Shown: positions 21,750 to 32,207 of the stretch, in pieces | How positions within the stretch are numbered: the first letter of the stretch is position 1 | How the letters are laid out: every line of letters begins with the position of its first letter | NCBI GenBank assembly: GCA_964553335.1 | Contig: CAZKKW010000005.1 | Location: 11,199-55,246, forward strand | Reading direction: 5' to 3' | Source: an uncultured Hyphomicrobiales bacterium | GTDB taxonomy: Bacteria > Pseudomonadota > Alphaproteobacteria > Rhizobiales > JACESI01 | Length of the DNA stretch: 44,048 bases | The notes under the pieces: model-generated | What the model was told of the DNA's origin: nothing | The model's input: only the letters and a program-made list of their open reading frames with translations | Databases searched by the model: none | Translations under genes and position numbers: made by a program

Positions 21750-22454
21750 ATGCGTGAAATTGTCTTTGATACGGAAACCACAGGCTTTGATCCAGCATCG
21801 GGTGACCGTGTTGTCGAGATCGGCTGTGTGGAACTGATTAATCAGGTACCAACTGGCAACACCTATCATGTTTATATAAACCCTGAACGCGATATGCCGG
21901 AGGGCGCGTTTAAGGTTCACGGGCTTTCTGAAGAATTTCTCTCAGACAAACCAAAATTTGCCGAAATTGCTGATGGATTCATTGAGTTTGTTGGTGATGA
22001 CGGCATTTTAATTGCGCACAATGCCACTTTTGATATGAAGTTCATCAATTTTGAGCTGAAAAAATTATCGCACCCCGCTTATAGCAATGACCGTGTTATC
22101 GACACGCTTGAAATTGCAAGACGCAAACATCCCATGGGACCGAATAGTCTAGATGCGCTTTGTTCACGCTATAATATTGATAATTCCAAGCGTGAAAAAC
22201 ACGGGGCGCTGTTGGATGCTGAGTTATTGGCCGATGTTTATATTGAGCTTATGGGTGGTAAACAGCGTGGGCTTGATTTTGCAACAGATGAAAAGGTTGC
22301 AACCACCACCCAAACATCCAACAAGCGTGAAGCAATCCAGCGACCAAACCCTCTGCCATCCCGTTTGACCGAAGAAGCAAGTGCCGCCCATCGAGCTTTT
22401 GTTGATGATCTTGGTCCAGATACGCTGTGGCACAAGGTCTGGAATGAAAAATAG
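21750..22454 (+). CDS. dnaQ: DNA polymerase III epsilon subunit (3'-5' exonuclease)
   Basis: Exo I FDTETTG, Exo II IAHNATFD, and Exo III HGALLDAELLADVY. A GAGGTGAGG SD precedes the ATG. Confidence 0.92.
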   Translation: MREIVFDTETTGFDPASGDRVVEIGCVELINQVPTGNTYHVYINPERDMPEGAFKVHGLSEEFLSDKPKFAEIADGFIEFVGDDGILIAHNATFDMKFINFELKKLSHPAYSNDRVIDTLEIARRKHPMGPNSLDALCSRYNIDNSKREKHGALLDAELLADVYIELMGGKQRGLDFATDEKVATTTQTSNKREAIQRPNPLPSRLTEEASAAHRAFVDDLGPDTLWHKVWNEK

Positions 22455-22472
22455 GCAGCCAAAGCCGCCTAT
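22450..22472. terminator. Possible bidirectional hairpin between convergent dnaQ and secB
   Basis: AATAGGCAGC-caaa-GCCGCCTATT forms a 10-bp stem with one mismatch. It overlaps the dnaQ stop codon. There is no strong T-run, so it is weak as an intrinsic terminator. Confidence 0.4.
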
Positions 22473-22502
22473 TCCGTTAAATTACAAAAGGAGGCAAACG
22501 AT

Positions 22503-23009
22503 TTAATTCGTTTTTGCACCTTCACCTTCTTGCTCAACACGCTGGCGATAAAGCGCTGCGAAATCGACGGGGTCGATCATCAACGGCGGGAAGCCACCAT
22601 CGCGTGTACCCTCTGCAACGATTTGACGTGCAAACGGGAAAAGCAATCTTGGGCATTCGATCAAAACAACAGGGTGTACATGCTCAGCTGGGACGCCTGT
22701 AATTCTGAAGACACCTGCATAAAGCAATTCAACATTGAAAAGCACATCGTCTTTTGTTTTCGCTTCTGCTTCGAGCTTGATTGAGACTTCGTATTCTGTC
22801 TCACCCAAAGCTTGAGCGTTTACATTGACGGCAATGCTGATTTCTGGTTGTTCCTGTTGACCCTGCAAAGACATTGGCGCCCGTGGGTTTTCGAAGGAAT
22901 AATCTTTCACATATTGTGCAAGAGTATTGAGTTGAACCTGAGCGTTTGGATCCGGTGCACCAGCACCATTTTTATCAGCTTCGGTCTTTTTAGCAGGTTT
23001 CTTAGCCAT
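22503..23009 (-). CDS. secB: Protein-export chaperone SecB
   Basis: [10 protein letters not shown]..., [12 protein letters not shown], and [13 protein letters not shown] match the SecB family. A GAGGA SD precedes ATG 23009. Confidence 0.9.
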   Translation of the reverse strand: MAKKPAKKTEADKNGAGAPDPNAQVQLNTLAQYVKDYSFENPRAPMSLQGQQEQPEISIAVNVNAQALGETEYEVSIKLEAEAKTKDDVLFNVELLYAGVFRITGVPAEHVHPVVLIECPRLLFPFARQIVAEGTRDGGFPPLMIDPVDFAALYRQRVEQEGEGAKTN

Positions 23010-23089
23010 TATCGTCCTCATAAAATGTTCGCCGAGGTGCTAACACGCACGGGACAATGAAACAAGCTATTCGAGTAAATTGGCAATAA

Positions 23090-23605
23090 TTACTTATTCC
23101 ACGGGGATTTTGGATCAGTGGGGCCAAATTCTGTTTCATCCAAATCAATCACCGGCCCTTGTTTGGAGGCATCGTGTGCGTGGGTATCAGGATTTTGACC
23201 AAATGGATCGCCGTTTTGTTGAGATTGTCCATTTGGTGTGATCATTTGAAAAGACATCCGTGATTTTAAAAAAGCCCAAATTCCATCGCGAACTGGCGGG
23301 ATAAATAATAAAAACCCGCAAGTATCAGTGACAAAACCAGGCGTGAGGAGAAAAATGCCAGCCACAACTAGCATCACACCATGAACCAGCGCGCGTCCAG
23401 GCATCTGATTTGCCTGTGTCTTTTCTTGTGCTTCCCGCAGAAGCTGAAAACCTTGGTGGCGAAGCAGAAGCGTTCCTAAAAAGGCGGTGACAAGAATCAT
23501 GCCCAATGTTGGCCAAAGGCCAATGATATCGCCAACCATAATAAAGACAGAAATCTCCAAAATTGGGATAGCAAGGAGCAAAAAGGGCAAAAAACTAAGG
23601 CGCAT
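23090..23605 (-). CDS. fxsA: FxsA-family membrane protein
   Basis: N-terminus LLLAIPILEISVFIMVGDIIG...LLRHQG is typical of FxsA. C-terminal low-complexity tail. Confidence 0.8.
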   Translation of the reverse strand: MRLSFLPFLLLAIPILEISVFIMVGDIIGLWPTLGMILVTAFLGTLLLRHQGFQLLREAQEKTQANQMPGRALVHGVMLVVAGIFLLTPGFVTDTCGFLLFIPPVRDGIWAFLKSRMSFQMITPNGQSQQNGDPFGQNPDTHAHDASKQGPVIDLDETEFGPTDPKSPWNK

Positions 23606-23845
23606 GATACTTTCTAGAACAATTTTACGGCAAATAAGGGCTTCATTAGTTGGCGAGAACGGTAGTTATATGCGATGTAAGCGTTGAATGAAAAAAATAC
23701 CAGCACATATAATGTAAACCACATTATCTCATCTATTGCCCAATAAGTGATAGAAATGCCGGTAAGTTATGAAATTGGATGCTTGGCGATTGCGTCGAGA
23801 CGCTGTTTTCATGATTTTTATGAACGCAAACAAGAGTACAGGCCA

Positions 23846-24571
23846 ATGCAGCTCGATTTTTACACTATTCTCGCTATCGCCATTACGGTTGTTGTTATTT
23901 TCCAAATTCGCAATGTGCTGGGAAAGCGCAACGGCAATGAGCGTCCGCCCTTTGATCCCTATTCTTCAAAGTCTGAAAGCAAGGCCGATAAAAACGGCAA
24001 TGACAATGTGGTTGAGCTGCCACGACGCAAAGGAGCGCCTGAACCTGTTTTGAACCCGCAATTGCAGGAAGACCATAGCGTTACTGCTGTGATCGACCGT
24101 CTTGCAGAAACAGGAACTGCTTTGAATGAAGGCCTTAAGAAAATTGTCGACGCTGATTATACGTTTGATCCCGAAGAGTTTCTTGGTGGCGCGAAGTCAG
24201 CCTATGAGTACATTGTTACCGCTTTTGCGGCCGGCGATCGTAAAACACTCAAAAATCTTCTTTCAGCTGATGTCTTCGATGGGTTTAGTGAGGCGATCAA
24301 AGATCGCGAACAACGTGATGAAACAATCGACTTCTCATTTGTTGGTATAAACAAAGCGAAAATTGTGTCAGCTGATCTTATTAAAGGCATGGCGCGTATC
24401 GAGGTTGATTTCAAAAGTGAGATCATTCAAGCAACAATGGACGAAGAAGGTCGCATTGTTGACGGTGACCCAAATGCCGTGGATGAAGTGAAAGATCTTT
24501 GGACCTTCGAGCGTGATACCACATCGGGTGATCCAAACTGGAAGTTGGTTGCGACTGAAACACCAGACTGA
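23846..24571 (+). CDS. Tim44-like domain protein with N-terminal membrane anchor
   Basis: A single N-terminal hydrophobic helix (FYTILAIAITVVVIF), a polar linker, then a Tim44-like C-terminal domain (FLGGAKSAYEYIVTAFAAGD...WTFERD). ATG 23846 is the likely start. Confidence 0.75.
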   Translation: MQLDFYTILAIAITVVVIFQIRNVLGKRNGNERPPFDPYSSKSESKADKNGNDNVVELPRRKGAPEPVLNPQLQEDHSVTAVIDRLAETGTALNEGLKKIVDADYTFDPEEFLGGAKSAYEYIVTAFAAGDRKTLKNLLSADVFDGFSEAIKDREQRDETIDFSFVGINKAKIVSADLIKGMARIEVDFKSEIIQATMDEEGRIVDGDPNAVDEVKDLWTFERDTTSGDPNWKLVATETPD

Positions 24572-24579
24572 GGCTGGAG

Positions 24580-25686
24580 ATGGCGATGTCTTCGCTTTTA
24601 AGTGACGCACTGACATTTAATGATCTGCCCGGTTGGGCAGAGGATGATCACGCCGCTGCCCTTGATGCGTTCTTAAAGAGCGCCCGAAAAATGCAGGAAA
24701 AGCCGCCCAAAACGCGGTCGCTTGGTTTAGATGGGGAAGCTTTGTCAGAAATTGGCAGTTGGTTGATGTCCCTTGATGAGGGCGTTTTAGGGAGTGAAGC
24801 CCGTTTATTTTTCGAAGACTATTTTGTCCCACGCTTGATACATCCTTCCGCTAACGCCAAAAGCGGCGATCGTGGATTTGTAACCGGGTATTATGAGCCA
24901 GAGGTTTTGGGGTCACGCATAAAATCAGATCGGTTTAGTGCGCCCCTTTTGCGTCGGCCCTATGATCTGGTTCGTGTTGTTGATTTGGCCGAGGAAGATG
25001 TTCCTGAAAATTGGGATCATGAAGTCCGTTTTGCCCGTCAGTTGGCAGACGGCATTGCGCCTTATCATGACCGCGAAGCCATTTCGACAGGGGCGATTGA
25101 TGATCAAGAGCTTGAGATTGTTTATCTAGAAGATCCGGTTGATGCTTTTTTCATTCATATTCAAGGATCGGCCCGTATTCGGCTGCATGAAGGCGGCGTG
25201 ATGCGGGTGAGCTATGCCGCTAAATCTGGCCATGCTTATACGGCAATTGGGCGCGAGTTAATTAAGCGCGGTGAAATTGCGCGTGAAGAAATGTCGATGG
25301 AGGCAATTCGCTCTTGGTTGGGTGATCATCGAGACCAACAAAATGAAATAATGTGGCAAAATCAGTCTTATATTTTCTTTGATGAAATTGAGAACCTCGA
25401 TCCTAAAGATGGCCCCATTGGTGCAGCCAGTGTCCCCTTGTCATCAATGCGCTCTATGGCAGTTGATCGTTTGCTTCACACATTTGGTTCTCCAATCTTT
25501 CTCAACGCCAATTTGGAGGGCGGATTTCAGCACTTGATGATTGGCCAAGATACTGGCTCTGCAATAGTTGGTCCCGCGCGAGGTGACATTTATTTTGGGA
25601 GTGGTCTTGAAGCAGAAAAAATCGCGGGCGCGGTTCAGCATGCAGCGGACTTCTATTTGCTTTGGCCAAAAAACCAACCTTTTTGA
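24580..25686 (+). CDS. mltA: Murein transglycosylase A (MltA) homologue
   Basis: MltA/3D-domain motifs (VTGYYEP, FFIHIQGSARI, YAAKSGHAYTAIGRELI, SMAVD, GQDTGSAI). No N-terminal hydrophobic signal is visible. Confidence 0.85.
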   Translation: MAMSSLLSDALTFNDLPGWAEDDHAAALDAFLKSARKMQEKPPKTRSLGLDGEALSEIGSWLMSLDEGVLGSEARLFFEDYFVPRLIHPSANAKSGDRGFVTGYYEPEVLGSRIKSDRFSAPLLRRPYDLVRVVDLAEEDVPENWDHEVRFARQLADGIAPYHDREAISTGAIDDQELEIVYLEDPVDAFFIHIQGSARIRLHEGGVMRVSYAAKSGHAYTAIGRELIKRGEIAREEMSMEAIRSWLGDHRDQQNEIMWQNQSYIFFDEIENLDPKDGPIGAASVPLSSMRSMAVDRLLHTFGSPIFLNANLEGGFQHLMIGQDTGSAIVGPARGDIYFGSGLEAEKIAGAVQHAADFYLLWPKNQPF

Positions 25687-25700
25687 TTTAGGTTTGAGTT

Positions 25701-26297
25701 ATGGCAAAACGATCAAATAAAAATCTTAGCGCTGAAGACCGGCGATTGTGGAAGCAAGTCACCGATACAGTGACACCTCGACAAGTTAACTTGATTGAAG
25801 GTGATGAGGCTTTTGCAGCGGCCATGCAAGATGTTCAAAAAATAAAAAAATCCGCGCTTTCAAAAGTTGCAATGCCGTCCTATTCGCCGCCAAGAGATTC
25901 TCAAAAATCATTTTCCACAACCGTTCCACCTTTGCTCGGTTACAATAAACGCGAGAAGTCTCGGCTCGCACGAGGGCATACTACTTTAGATGGAAAGATT
26001 GATTTGCATGGTTTAACGCAGGACCAAGCTCACCGAGCTTTGCACATATTCATTGGCAGAGCTGTTGCCAGCGGGTGGAAAAATGTGCTTGTTATTACAG
26101 GTAAAGGAAAAACACATTTTAACCCTGGTTTAAAATCACATGGGGAATGGGGGCAAGAATCACCGGGAGTTCTTCGGCGAAAAGTACCTCAGTGGTTAAG
26201 TGAACCTTCGGTAAGAAATATGGTTCTTGGATATGAAACTGCTAGTTCATCACACGGTGGGACTGGTGCGTTATTCGTGAGACTTAGAAGAAAATGA
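25701..26297 (+). CDS. Smr-domain protein
   Basis: C-terminal Smr domain (IDLHGLTQDQAHRAL...VLVITGKG). Confidence 0.8.
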   Translation: MAKRSNKNLSAEDRRLWKQVTDTVTPRQVNLIEGDEAFAAAMQDVQKIKKSALSKVAMPSYSPPRDSQKSFSTTVPPLLGYNKREKSRLARGHTTLDGKIDLHGLTQDQAHRALHIFIGRAVASGWKNVLVITGKGKTHFNPGLKSHGEWGQESPGVLRRKVPQWLSEPSVRNMVLGYETASSSHGGTGALFVRLRRK

Positions 26298-26376
26298 CAA
26301 GCTTTTTTGGTGACGATTAAAATGAGTGTCTTTCAAAGAGCCTATGATCATTTGTTAAAGAGATGCGGATTAGACG

Positions 26377-26748
26377 ATGACCCCATTTGGACAAAAAATT
26401 CGGCAGATACGCCGGGCAAAAAATGTCAGTTTAAAAGAAATGGCTGAGGGAGTGGGTGTGTCCAGCGCCTATTTATCGGCTTTGGAGCATGGCAAACGCG
26501 GCACGCCGACATGGGCGATGGTGCAGCGGATTATTGCCTATTTCAACATCATCTGGGATGAGGCAGAGGAGCTTCAGCGGCTGGCTGAAATTTCCAATCC
26601 TCGTGTTGTTGTGGATACAGCGGGCCTTGACCCTAAAGCGACAGAACTTGCAAATCGCCTATCGACGGATATTGGTCGGGTTAACGTGACTGTGTTGGAA
26701 GATATGATCTTGATGCTCGCGAAGGGCGTTGTAAAAAATGACAAATAA
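26377..26748 (+). CDS. XRE-family helix-turn-helix transcriptional regulator
   Basis: N-terminal HTH IRQIRRAKNVSLKEMAEGVGVSSAYLSALEHGKRG. 123 aa. Confidence 0.75.
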   Translation: MTPFGQKIRQIRRAKNVSLKEMAEGVGVSSAYLSALEHGKRGTPTWAMVQRIIAYFNIIWDEAEELQRLAEISNPRVVVDTAGLDPKATELANRLSTDIGRVNVTVLEDMILMLAKGVVKNDK

Positions 26749-26755
26749 GATCCGG

Positions 26756-26786
26756 TTTAAGCCGCTATAAAATGTAACGGCTTAAA
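26756..26786. terminator. Hairpin between convergent HTH gene and hslU
   Basis: Perfect 9-bp stem TTTAAGCCG / CGGCTTAAA with a 13-nt loop. It is followed on the plus strand by a TTTTT run 6 nt later, and it overlaps the last codons of hslU. Confidence 0.4.
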
Positions 26787-28072
26787 TCTGCATTTTTGGC
26801 AAGATCACCAATTTCCCGATTGACGAATTCAGCGTCTATTTCAACAGTATCACCAGCGCGATCTGTTGCAGTGAAGCTAATATCATCCAGAATGCGCTCG
26901 ATCACAGTTTGCAATCGACGTGCGCCGATATTTTCAACGCTGGCGTTAATCGAAACCGATAAATCTGCAATCGTATCAATGGCATCTTCTGTGAATGAAA
27001 GTGTCACGTCTTCTGTTCCCAAAAGGGCCACAGATTGTTTGATCAAACTTGCTTCTGTGTCACTTAAAATGCTGACAAAATCATCTTTGGTGAGCGCTTG
27101 CAGTTCCACGCGAATTGGCAAACGGCCTTGAAGCTCTGGCAGGAGGTCGGATGGTTTTGAGACGTGGAAAGCACCGGATGCAATGAAAAGAATATGATCG
27201 GTTTTAACCGGACCATATTTTGTGGAAACGGTTGTTCCCTCAACCAGTGGTAAGAGATCGCGCTGCACCCCTTCGCGCGAAACATCGCCGCCACGAGCAC
27301 CATCACGCACAGCAATTTTATCAATCTCGTCTAAGAAGACGATGCCATTATTCTCAACCGATTCCATCGCCTCGGTGACAACTTGATCGTCATCTAAAAG
27401 CTTGTCGGATTCTTCGGCTAAAAGAACGTCGTATGAATCGCGCACCATCAGTTTGCGAGTTTTCGTACGACCGCCGAACGCTTTGCCGAACATATCATTG
27501 AGGTTCATCACACCAATAGATCCGCCAGGCATGCCCGGAATATCCATATTGGGCATACCGCCGCCATTGTCTGCGACTTCGATCTCAATTTCTTTTTCAT
27601 CGAGCTGACCTTCGCGTAATTTCTTACGGAAGCTATCGCGGGTTGCGGGGCTTGCTGTATCGCCAACCAGCGCATCAAGCACGCGGTCTTCCGCCATTTG
27701 ATGCGCTTTGGCTTCCACATCTTTACGCTTTTTCTCGCGGATGAGACCGATGCCCACTTCCACCAGATCGCGGATCATTTGTTCCACGTCGCGGCCAACA
27801 TAACCAACTTCTGTAAATTTAGTCGCTTCGACTTTTAAAAACGGGGCACCTGCCAGTTTTGCAAGCCGTCGTGAAATTTCTGTTTTACCCACACCGGTTG
27901 GGCCGATCATGAGGATGTTTTTAGGCATGACCTCTTCACGCATGGACCCTTCCAGCTGCTGTCGCCGCCAACGATTGCGCAGCGCGATGGCTACAGCACG
28001 TTTGGCGTCTTTTTGGCCAATAATGTAACGATCAAGTTCGGATACGATTTCGCGGGGAGAAAAATTTGTCAT
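26765..28072 (-). CDS. hslU: ATP-dependent protease ATPase subunit HslU
   Basis: N-terminus [30 protein letters not shown], Walker [11 protein letters not shown], Walker B FLDEIDK. 435 aa. Confidence 0.97.
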   Translation of the reverse strand: MTNFSPREIVSELDRYIIGQKDAKRAVAIALRNRWRRQQLEGSMREEVMPKNILMIGPTGVGKTEISRRLAKLAGAPFLKVEATKFTEVGYVGRDVEQMIRDLVEVGIGLIREKKRKDVEAKAHQMAEDRVLDALVGDTASPATRDSFRKKLREGQLDEKEIEIEVADNGGGMPNMDIPGMPGGSIGVMNLNDMFGKAFGGRTKTRKLMVRDSYDVLLAEESDKLLDDDQVVTEAMESVENNGIVFLDEIDKIAVRDGARGGDVSREGVQRDLLPLVEGTTVSTKYGPVKTDHILFIASGAFHVSKPSDLLPELQGRLPIRVELQALTKDDFVSILSDTEASLIKQSVALLGTEDVTLSFTEDAIDTIADLSVSINASVENIGARRLQTVIERILDDISFTATDRAGDTVEIDAEFVNREIGDLAKNADLSRYIL

Positions 28073-29202
28073 GCGGATTGTTCTTCTTTGAGTTCAAAAA
28101 GTTGCGCTGAAGCAATCGGTGGTACGCGGTTGGCAATTGCACTTGGGACAATGGTCATAATGAGGCGTCGAAGCGGAGACCAGCCAATGCCGAGGACGAC
28201 AACCAATAGGCCTATAAATAAGATGGGTACAGCAAATTGTAAGGAGCTATCTAAACCAAGTGCTTTGACAATTTGAGTGAAAGCCCCGGCCATATAAAGC
28301 AGGCTGGAGACAAGAAAGGCGCGTCGGTCGATAATGAGAGCGATCAAGGTAAGAATTGTAAACACTGCCAGAATCAGTGGGATGCTAATTTGATCCCATG
28401 AGCTGGTCGCTAAAATGGAATGGATCATCAAGGGCGCGGCCAGAAGATGCAGCCAGAATGCATTTTCTGAAAGACGAGTTAAGCGCAACCGATCTTTGAG
28501 ATCAAAATTCATGGCGAAGAGGAAGACGATGAAGCCAAGCCCACCAATAACAAAACGCAGGTCATAGGTTTCAAGGTCCAAAAAGATGCTTTTGATAATT
28601 GAAAGACCAAGCCCGACCAATGTGGCCGCAACCACAAGCATGACAAATGGCAGGCGATATCTGACATAAAAAAGAGAAATGCCAATAAAGGCGCTTAAGA
28701 AAAACAAAACAAGGCTTATCGACTTTAATTGAACCGCTGATTGTGTAAGGAGGCTTGCAGCAGGTGCTGAAATTTGCATGCCAAACAAACCCGCCCATAA
28801 AGCAATCGCTAGGCTGAGAATTAGACTTGATAAGGGAAGCCGAAGTTTGCGCGTTACAATTTCGGCGATGATAATACCTATAATCAAAAGAATGGCAGCG
28901 CCCACAGCACCTGTCATAAATTCAACTAAGCTGCGCTCAACAGTCTCTTTCAGCGCGTTCCCTGTAATTGCGAAATTCAAAACAGTCGCACCAATGCTTA
29001 AAAATAAAATCCCCAGCGCGATGAAAATATCGCGAAAGCCGCGAAGCAGCCGGAACGGTTCATCGCGTGTTTCAAGTTCTTGGAAACGAGGGCTGTCATC
29101 ATTGGCATGAATTCGCTTCGAAAAGGCGTTGAGTTGTTCAGCCTGCTCACCCGTAATGATGCCTTCGCTCACCGCATTAGCAAGGTCGGTTTTATTCAGC
29201 AT
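28069..29202 (-). CDS. Polytopic membrane protein of unknown function encoded between hslV and hslU
   Basis: About 377 aa from ATG 29202. A roughly 70-aa polar N-terminus is followed by about ten hydrophobic segments (by eye). Its start overlaps the hslV 3' end by 11 nt, and its stop overlaps the hslU start (ATGA). I do not recognise the family with confidence. Confidence 0.7.
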   Translation of the reverse strand: MLNKTDLANAVSEGIITGEQAEQLNAFSKRIHANDDSPRFQELETRDEPFRLLRGFRDIFIALGILFLSIGATVLNFAITGNALKETVERSLVEFMTGAVGAAILLIIGIIIAEIVTRKLRLPLSSLILSLAIALWAGLFGMQISAPAASLLTQSAVQLKSISLVLFFLSAFIGISLFYVRYRLPFVMLVVAATLVGLGLSIIKSIFLDLETYDLRFVIGGLGFIVFLFAMNFDLKDRLRLTRLSENAFWLHLLAAPLMIHSILATSSWDQISIPLILAVFTILTLIALIIDRRAFLVSSLLYMAGAFTQIVKALGLDSSLQFAVPILFIGLLVVVLGIGWSPLRRLIMTIVPSAIANRVPPIASAQLFELKEEQSA

Positions 29203-29767
29203 CCATTGTCTCCACGACAAGATTGTCATTGGTATAGACGCAAATGTCGGCAGCAATCTTCATGGATTTTCGTGCAATGTCTTCGGCGCTTAAATCCATA
29301 TCACTGAGTGCACGGGCTGCGGCGAGCGCATAGTTGCCGCCAGAACCGATGGCTGCAATCCCGCCTTCCGGTTCAAACACATCACCAGCACCGGAAATCA
29401 TCAGGCTGACTTCTTTGTTCGCAACCAGAAGGAGCGCTTCAAGATTGCGCAAATATTTGTCCGTGCGCCAATCTTTTGCCAGCTCCACGGCCGCCCGCAT
29501 GAGATTGTCTGGATATTGCTCAAGCTTGGTTTCCAATCGCTCCAATAGCGTGAAGGCATCTGCCGTTGATCCGGCAAAGCCTGCAATCACATCGCCATTG
29601 CCGATGCGGCGCACTTTTCTGGAGTTTGATTTTACAACGGTTTGCCCCATAGAGGCCTGACCATCACCTGCAATAACCACTTTGCCATCTTTGCGGATCA
29701 TTACAATGGTTGTTGCGTGGACCTTGCCAAAGGCAGATGCGTGGTTGTTATCGCCTGAAAAGTTCAT
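29192..29767 (-). CDS. hslV: ATP-dependent protease subunit HslV
   Basis: [21 protein letters not shown] with the catalytic Thr, and a [14 protein letters not shown] motif. ATG 29767 is preceded by GGAGGA. Confidence 0.95.
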   Translation of the reverse strand: MNFSGDNNHASAFGKVHATTIVMIRKDGKVVIAGDGQASMGQTVVKSNSRKVRRIGNGDVIAGFAGSTADAFTLLERLETKLEQYPDNLMRAAVELAKDWRTDKYLRNLEALLLVANKEVSLMISGAGDVFEPEGGIAAIGSGGNYALAAARALSDMDLSAEDIARKSMKIAADICVYTNDNLVVETMDAE

Positions 29768-29924
29768 GTTTCCTCCTGCGGCCAACAGTGCGTCAAACGG
29801 ATTTTAGTCTGATTTTTTGAGCCGTTGGTCAATTTCTGTCGCTTTATGTAATCACCTCGGCGTGATTTGCAAACAGCCGAGTGGGATATGCCTGTTAGGA
29901 TCGCCATAAAAGTTGGAGAATAAC

Positions 29925-30878
29925 ATGAAAGTCGGATTTATTGGTCTTGGTAATGTGGGCGCGAAACTTGCGGGTAGTTTGGTGCGCAATGGTTTTGATA
30001 CGGTGGTGCATGATTTATCGAAAGAGGCGGCTGAACCTCTTCTCATCGCTGGCGCTGCGTGGGCCAATTCACCGAAAGAAGTGGCAGAAATTTGTGACGT
30101 TGTCATCACTTGCCTTCCAAGCCCTGCGGCTTGTGCAACGGTGGTTGAGGGTGAGAACGGTCTGATTGAAGGTTTTTCAAAAGGTGATATCTGGCTTGAA
30201 ATGAGTACGACGGACGAGGCGGAAGTTAAACGTCTCGGCGCGAAGCTTGAACCGTTCGGTGTGATGGCGATGGATTGCCCCGTTTCTGGTGGGTGCCATC
30301 GCGCGGCAACGGGTAATATTTCAATTTTTGCCGGTGGACCGCGCGAAAGTTTTGATCGTGTACTTCCTTTGCTTACCCGATTGGGTCGCCGTGTTTTGCA
30401 CACGGGACCATTAGGGTCAGCATCGATTTTGAAAGTCATGACCAATTATCTCGCCACCGCAAACCTTCTCACTGTCTGCGAAGCGCTTACTACCATGAAA
30501 GGTGCGGGCCTTGATATGGCAACGACCTATGAGGCGATAAAAATCTCATCTGGCACGTCGTTCGTGCATGAGACTGAAAGCCAAGTCATTTTAAACGGCA
30601 GTCGCTGCGTCGATTTCACCATGGATTTGGTGCTGAAAGATATTGGCCTCTTCCAAACAATCGCAGAACGCGCAGGGATTGATCTTGAAATCTCACCACT
30701 GATCATTGATCTCATGAAAGATGGTCAAAGCCGTTTTGGTGCGCGGGCACAATCAGACCGCATGATTGAGCGGTTTGAAGACGCAACAGGGCTGGAAATC
30801 CGCGCTGATGGGTTCCCCGCAGAACTGTTGGATGATGAGCCGGAAGAAGAAGGTTATGAGATAAAGCCTGCGACCTAA
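29925..30878 (+). CDS. NAD(P)-dependent oxidoreductase, 3-hydroxyisobutyrate/6-phosphogluconate dehydrogenase-like
   Basis: Rossmann N-terminus MKVGFIGLGNVGAKLA and a beta-hydroxyacid dehydrogenase-type body (GSASILKVMTNYL). A GGAGA SD precedes ATG 29925. Confidence 0.8.
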   Translation: MKVGFIGLGNVGAKLAGSLVRNGFDTVVHDLSKEAAEPLLIAGAAWANSPKEVAEICDVVITCLPSPAACATVVEGENGLIEGFSKGDIWLEMSTTDEAEVKRLGAKLEPFGVMAMDCPVSGGCHRAATGNISIFAGGPRESFDRVLPLLTRLGRRVLHTGPLGSASILKVMTNYLATANLLTVCEALTTMKGAGLDMATTYEAIKISSGTSFVHETESQVILNGSRCVDFTMDLVLKDIGLFQTIAERAGIDLEISPLIIDLMKDGQSRFGARAQSDRMIERFEDATGLEIRADGFPAELLDDEPEEEGYEIKPAT

Positions 30879-31007
30879 GGTTTCATCTTAAGCATGCTGT
30901 TTGTTTGAACGGGGATGAAAGTTGCTCTCAACCAAAAGCAATGTTAAGTCCCCCTTCATCTAAAAGCGCTAGTTTCTAGTGACAGATATTTGCAGAGAAG
31001 ATGACCC

Positions 31008-31601
31008 ATGCGTACTGGATCGATTAAAAGAACCACGAATGAAACTGATATTAGCGTTGAGCTGAACATTGATGGCACAGGCGCCTATGATGTTGAGACG
31101 GGCGTTGGTTTCTTTGATCATATGCTGGAACAGCTTTCGCGCCACTCTTTGATGGACCTTAAAGTCCGCGCCAAAGGTGATTTGCACATTGATGCACACC
31201 ACACATCGGAAGATGTGGGTATTGCCATTGGTCAAGCGTTCAAACAAGCACTTGGCGACATGAAAGGCATCACTCGTTATGCCTCTCTTGATTTGCCAAT
31301 GGATGAAACGCTAACCCGTGCCGCCGTGGATGTTTCTGGTCGTCCTTATCTCGTATGGAATGTGGATTTCACGCGCGACAAGATTGGTGATTATGACACG
31401 GAGCTTTTCCGTGAGTTCTTTATAGCTTTTGCCCAAAACGCTGGCATTACGCTGCATATTCAAAATATCTATGGCGAGAACAATCACCATATTGCAGAGA
31501 CCTGCTTTAAGGCGGTTGCGCGGGTGCTGCGCATGGCAGCAACGGTTGACCCACGCGCAGCTGATAGTTTGCCAACCACCAAGGGTAAACTCGGCGATTA
31601 G
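31008..31601 (+). CDS. hisB: Imidazoleglycerol-phosphate dehydratase
   Basis: [28 protein letters not shown], and NHHIAE match the IGPD metal-binding motifs. Confidence 0.95.
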   Translation: MRTGSIKRTTNETDISVELNIDGTGAYDVETGVGFFDHMLEQLSRHSLMDLKVRAKGDLHIDAHHTSEDVGIAIGQAFKQALGDMKGITRYASLDLPMDETLTRAAVDVSGRPYLVWNVDFTRDKIGDYDTELFREFFIAFAQNAGITLHIQNIYGENNHHIAETCFKAVARVLRMAATVDPRAADSLPTTKGKLGD

Positions 31602-31703
31602 GGTCTAGCCCTTAGAGTTTCATCGTCATTTCCTTGCACTTTCAGCTAAAATTCGCCAAATAGATATTAATCGCTTTGTCTGAATTGGAAGAGTAGTGGG
31701 CCC

Positions 31704-32207
31704 ATGGCCGCGTATCGTGTTTTTGAATTTCCAAATGCTATGCCCGAACAGGTGCAGGACGGCAGAAATGTCGAATTGATACGCGATGGTTTTTCCTTCC
31801 TCGTGGTCTTGTTTCCTGCCGTCTGGCTTTTGTGGAATCGTGTATGGTTCGGCTTTGCGATTTATGTTGTGTTTATTCTGGCCTTTGTCTTAGCCAGTGA
31901 ATTGATCAATCCGTTGATCGGCGTGTTGTTGAATAGTCTGCTTGGTCTTTATCTTGGGTTTGAAGGCACAAATTGGCGGGCGAAAAAATTTCTTGGTAAT
32001 GGCTGGCAGGAAGTGGACGTTGTTTTGGCGAGCAACTATGAAGAAGCTGAAATGCGCGCCTTTGCAAATCGCATTGACGATGTAGTTGAAGAGAAACCAG
32101 AACCAATTCTTCCGAACCGAATTTCGCAAGTATTGAAAAGGCCGCCATCAAAAACAAAACCAGTGATTGGGTCTTTCCCATCCCCATCAACAAGGCCGCG
32201 TTCATGA
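31704..32207 (+). CDS. DUF2628-like small membrane protein inside the his operon
   Basis: Two to three hydrophobic segments after a [22 protein letters not shown] motif. Its stop overlaps the hisH start (ATGA at 32204-32207). Confidence 0.65.
   Translation: MAAYRVFEFPNAMPEQVQDGRNVELIRDGFSFLVVLFPAVWLLWNRVWFGFAIYVVFILAFVLASELINPLIGVLLNSLLGLYLGFEGTNWRAKKFLGNGWQEVDVVLASNYEEAEMRAFANRIDDVVEEKPEPILPNRISQVLKRPPSKTKPVIGSFPSPSTRPRS

Noticed and set aside
29856-29881. Inverted repeat CTCGGC ... GCCGAG in the hslV/oxidoreductase divergent region
   Set aside because: The stem is only 6 bp with a 14-nt loop and does not extend. There is no T-run and no second copy, and I could not match a convincing sigma-32 or other promoter motif around it.
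29852-30445. 197-aa minus-strand ORF antisense to the oxidoreductase gene
   Set aside because: It is fully embedded antisense to a gene with a clear Rossmann signature. Its composition is low-complexity and Ser/Pro/Arg-rich, which is typical of an antisense frame.
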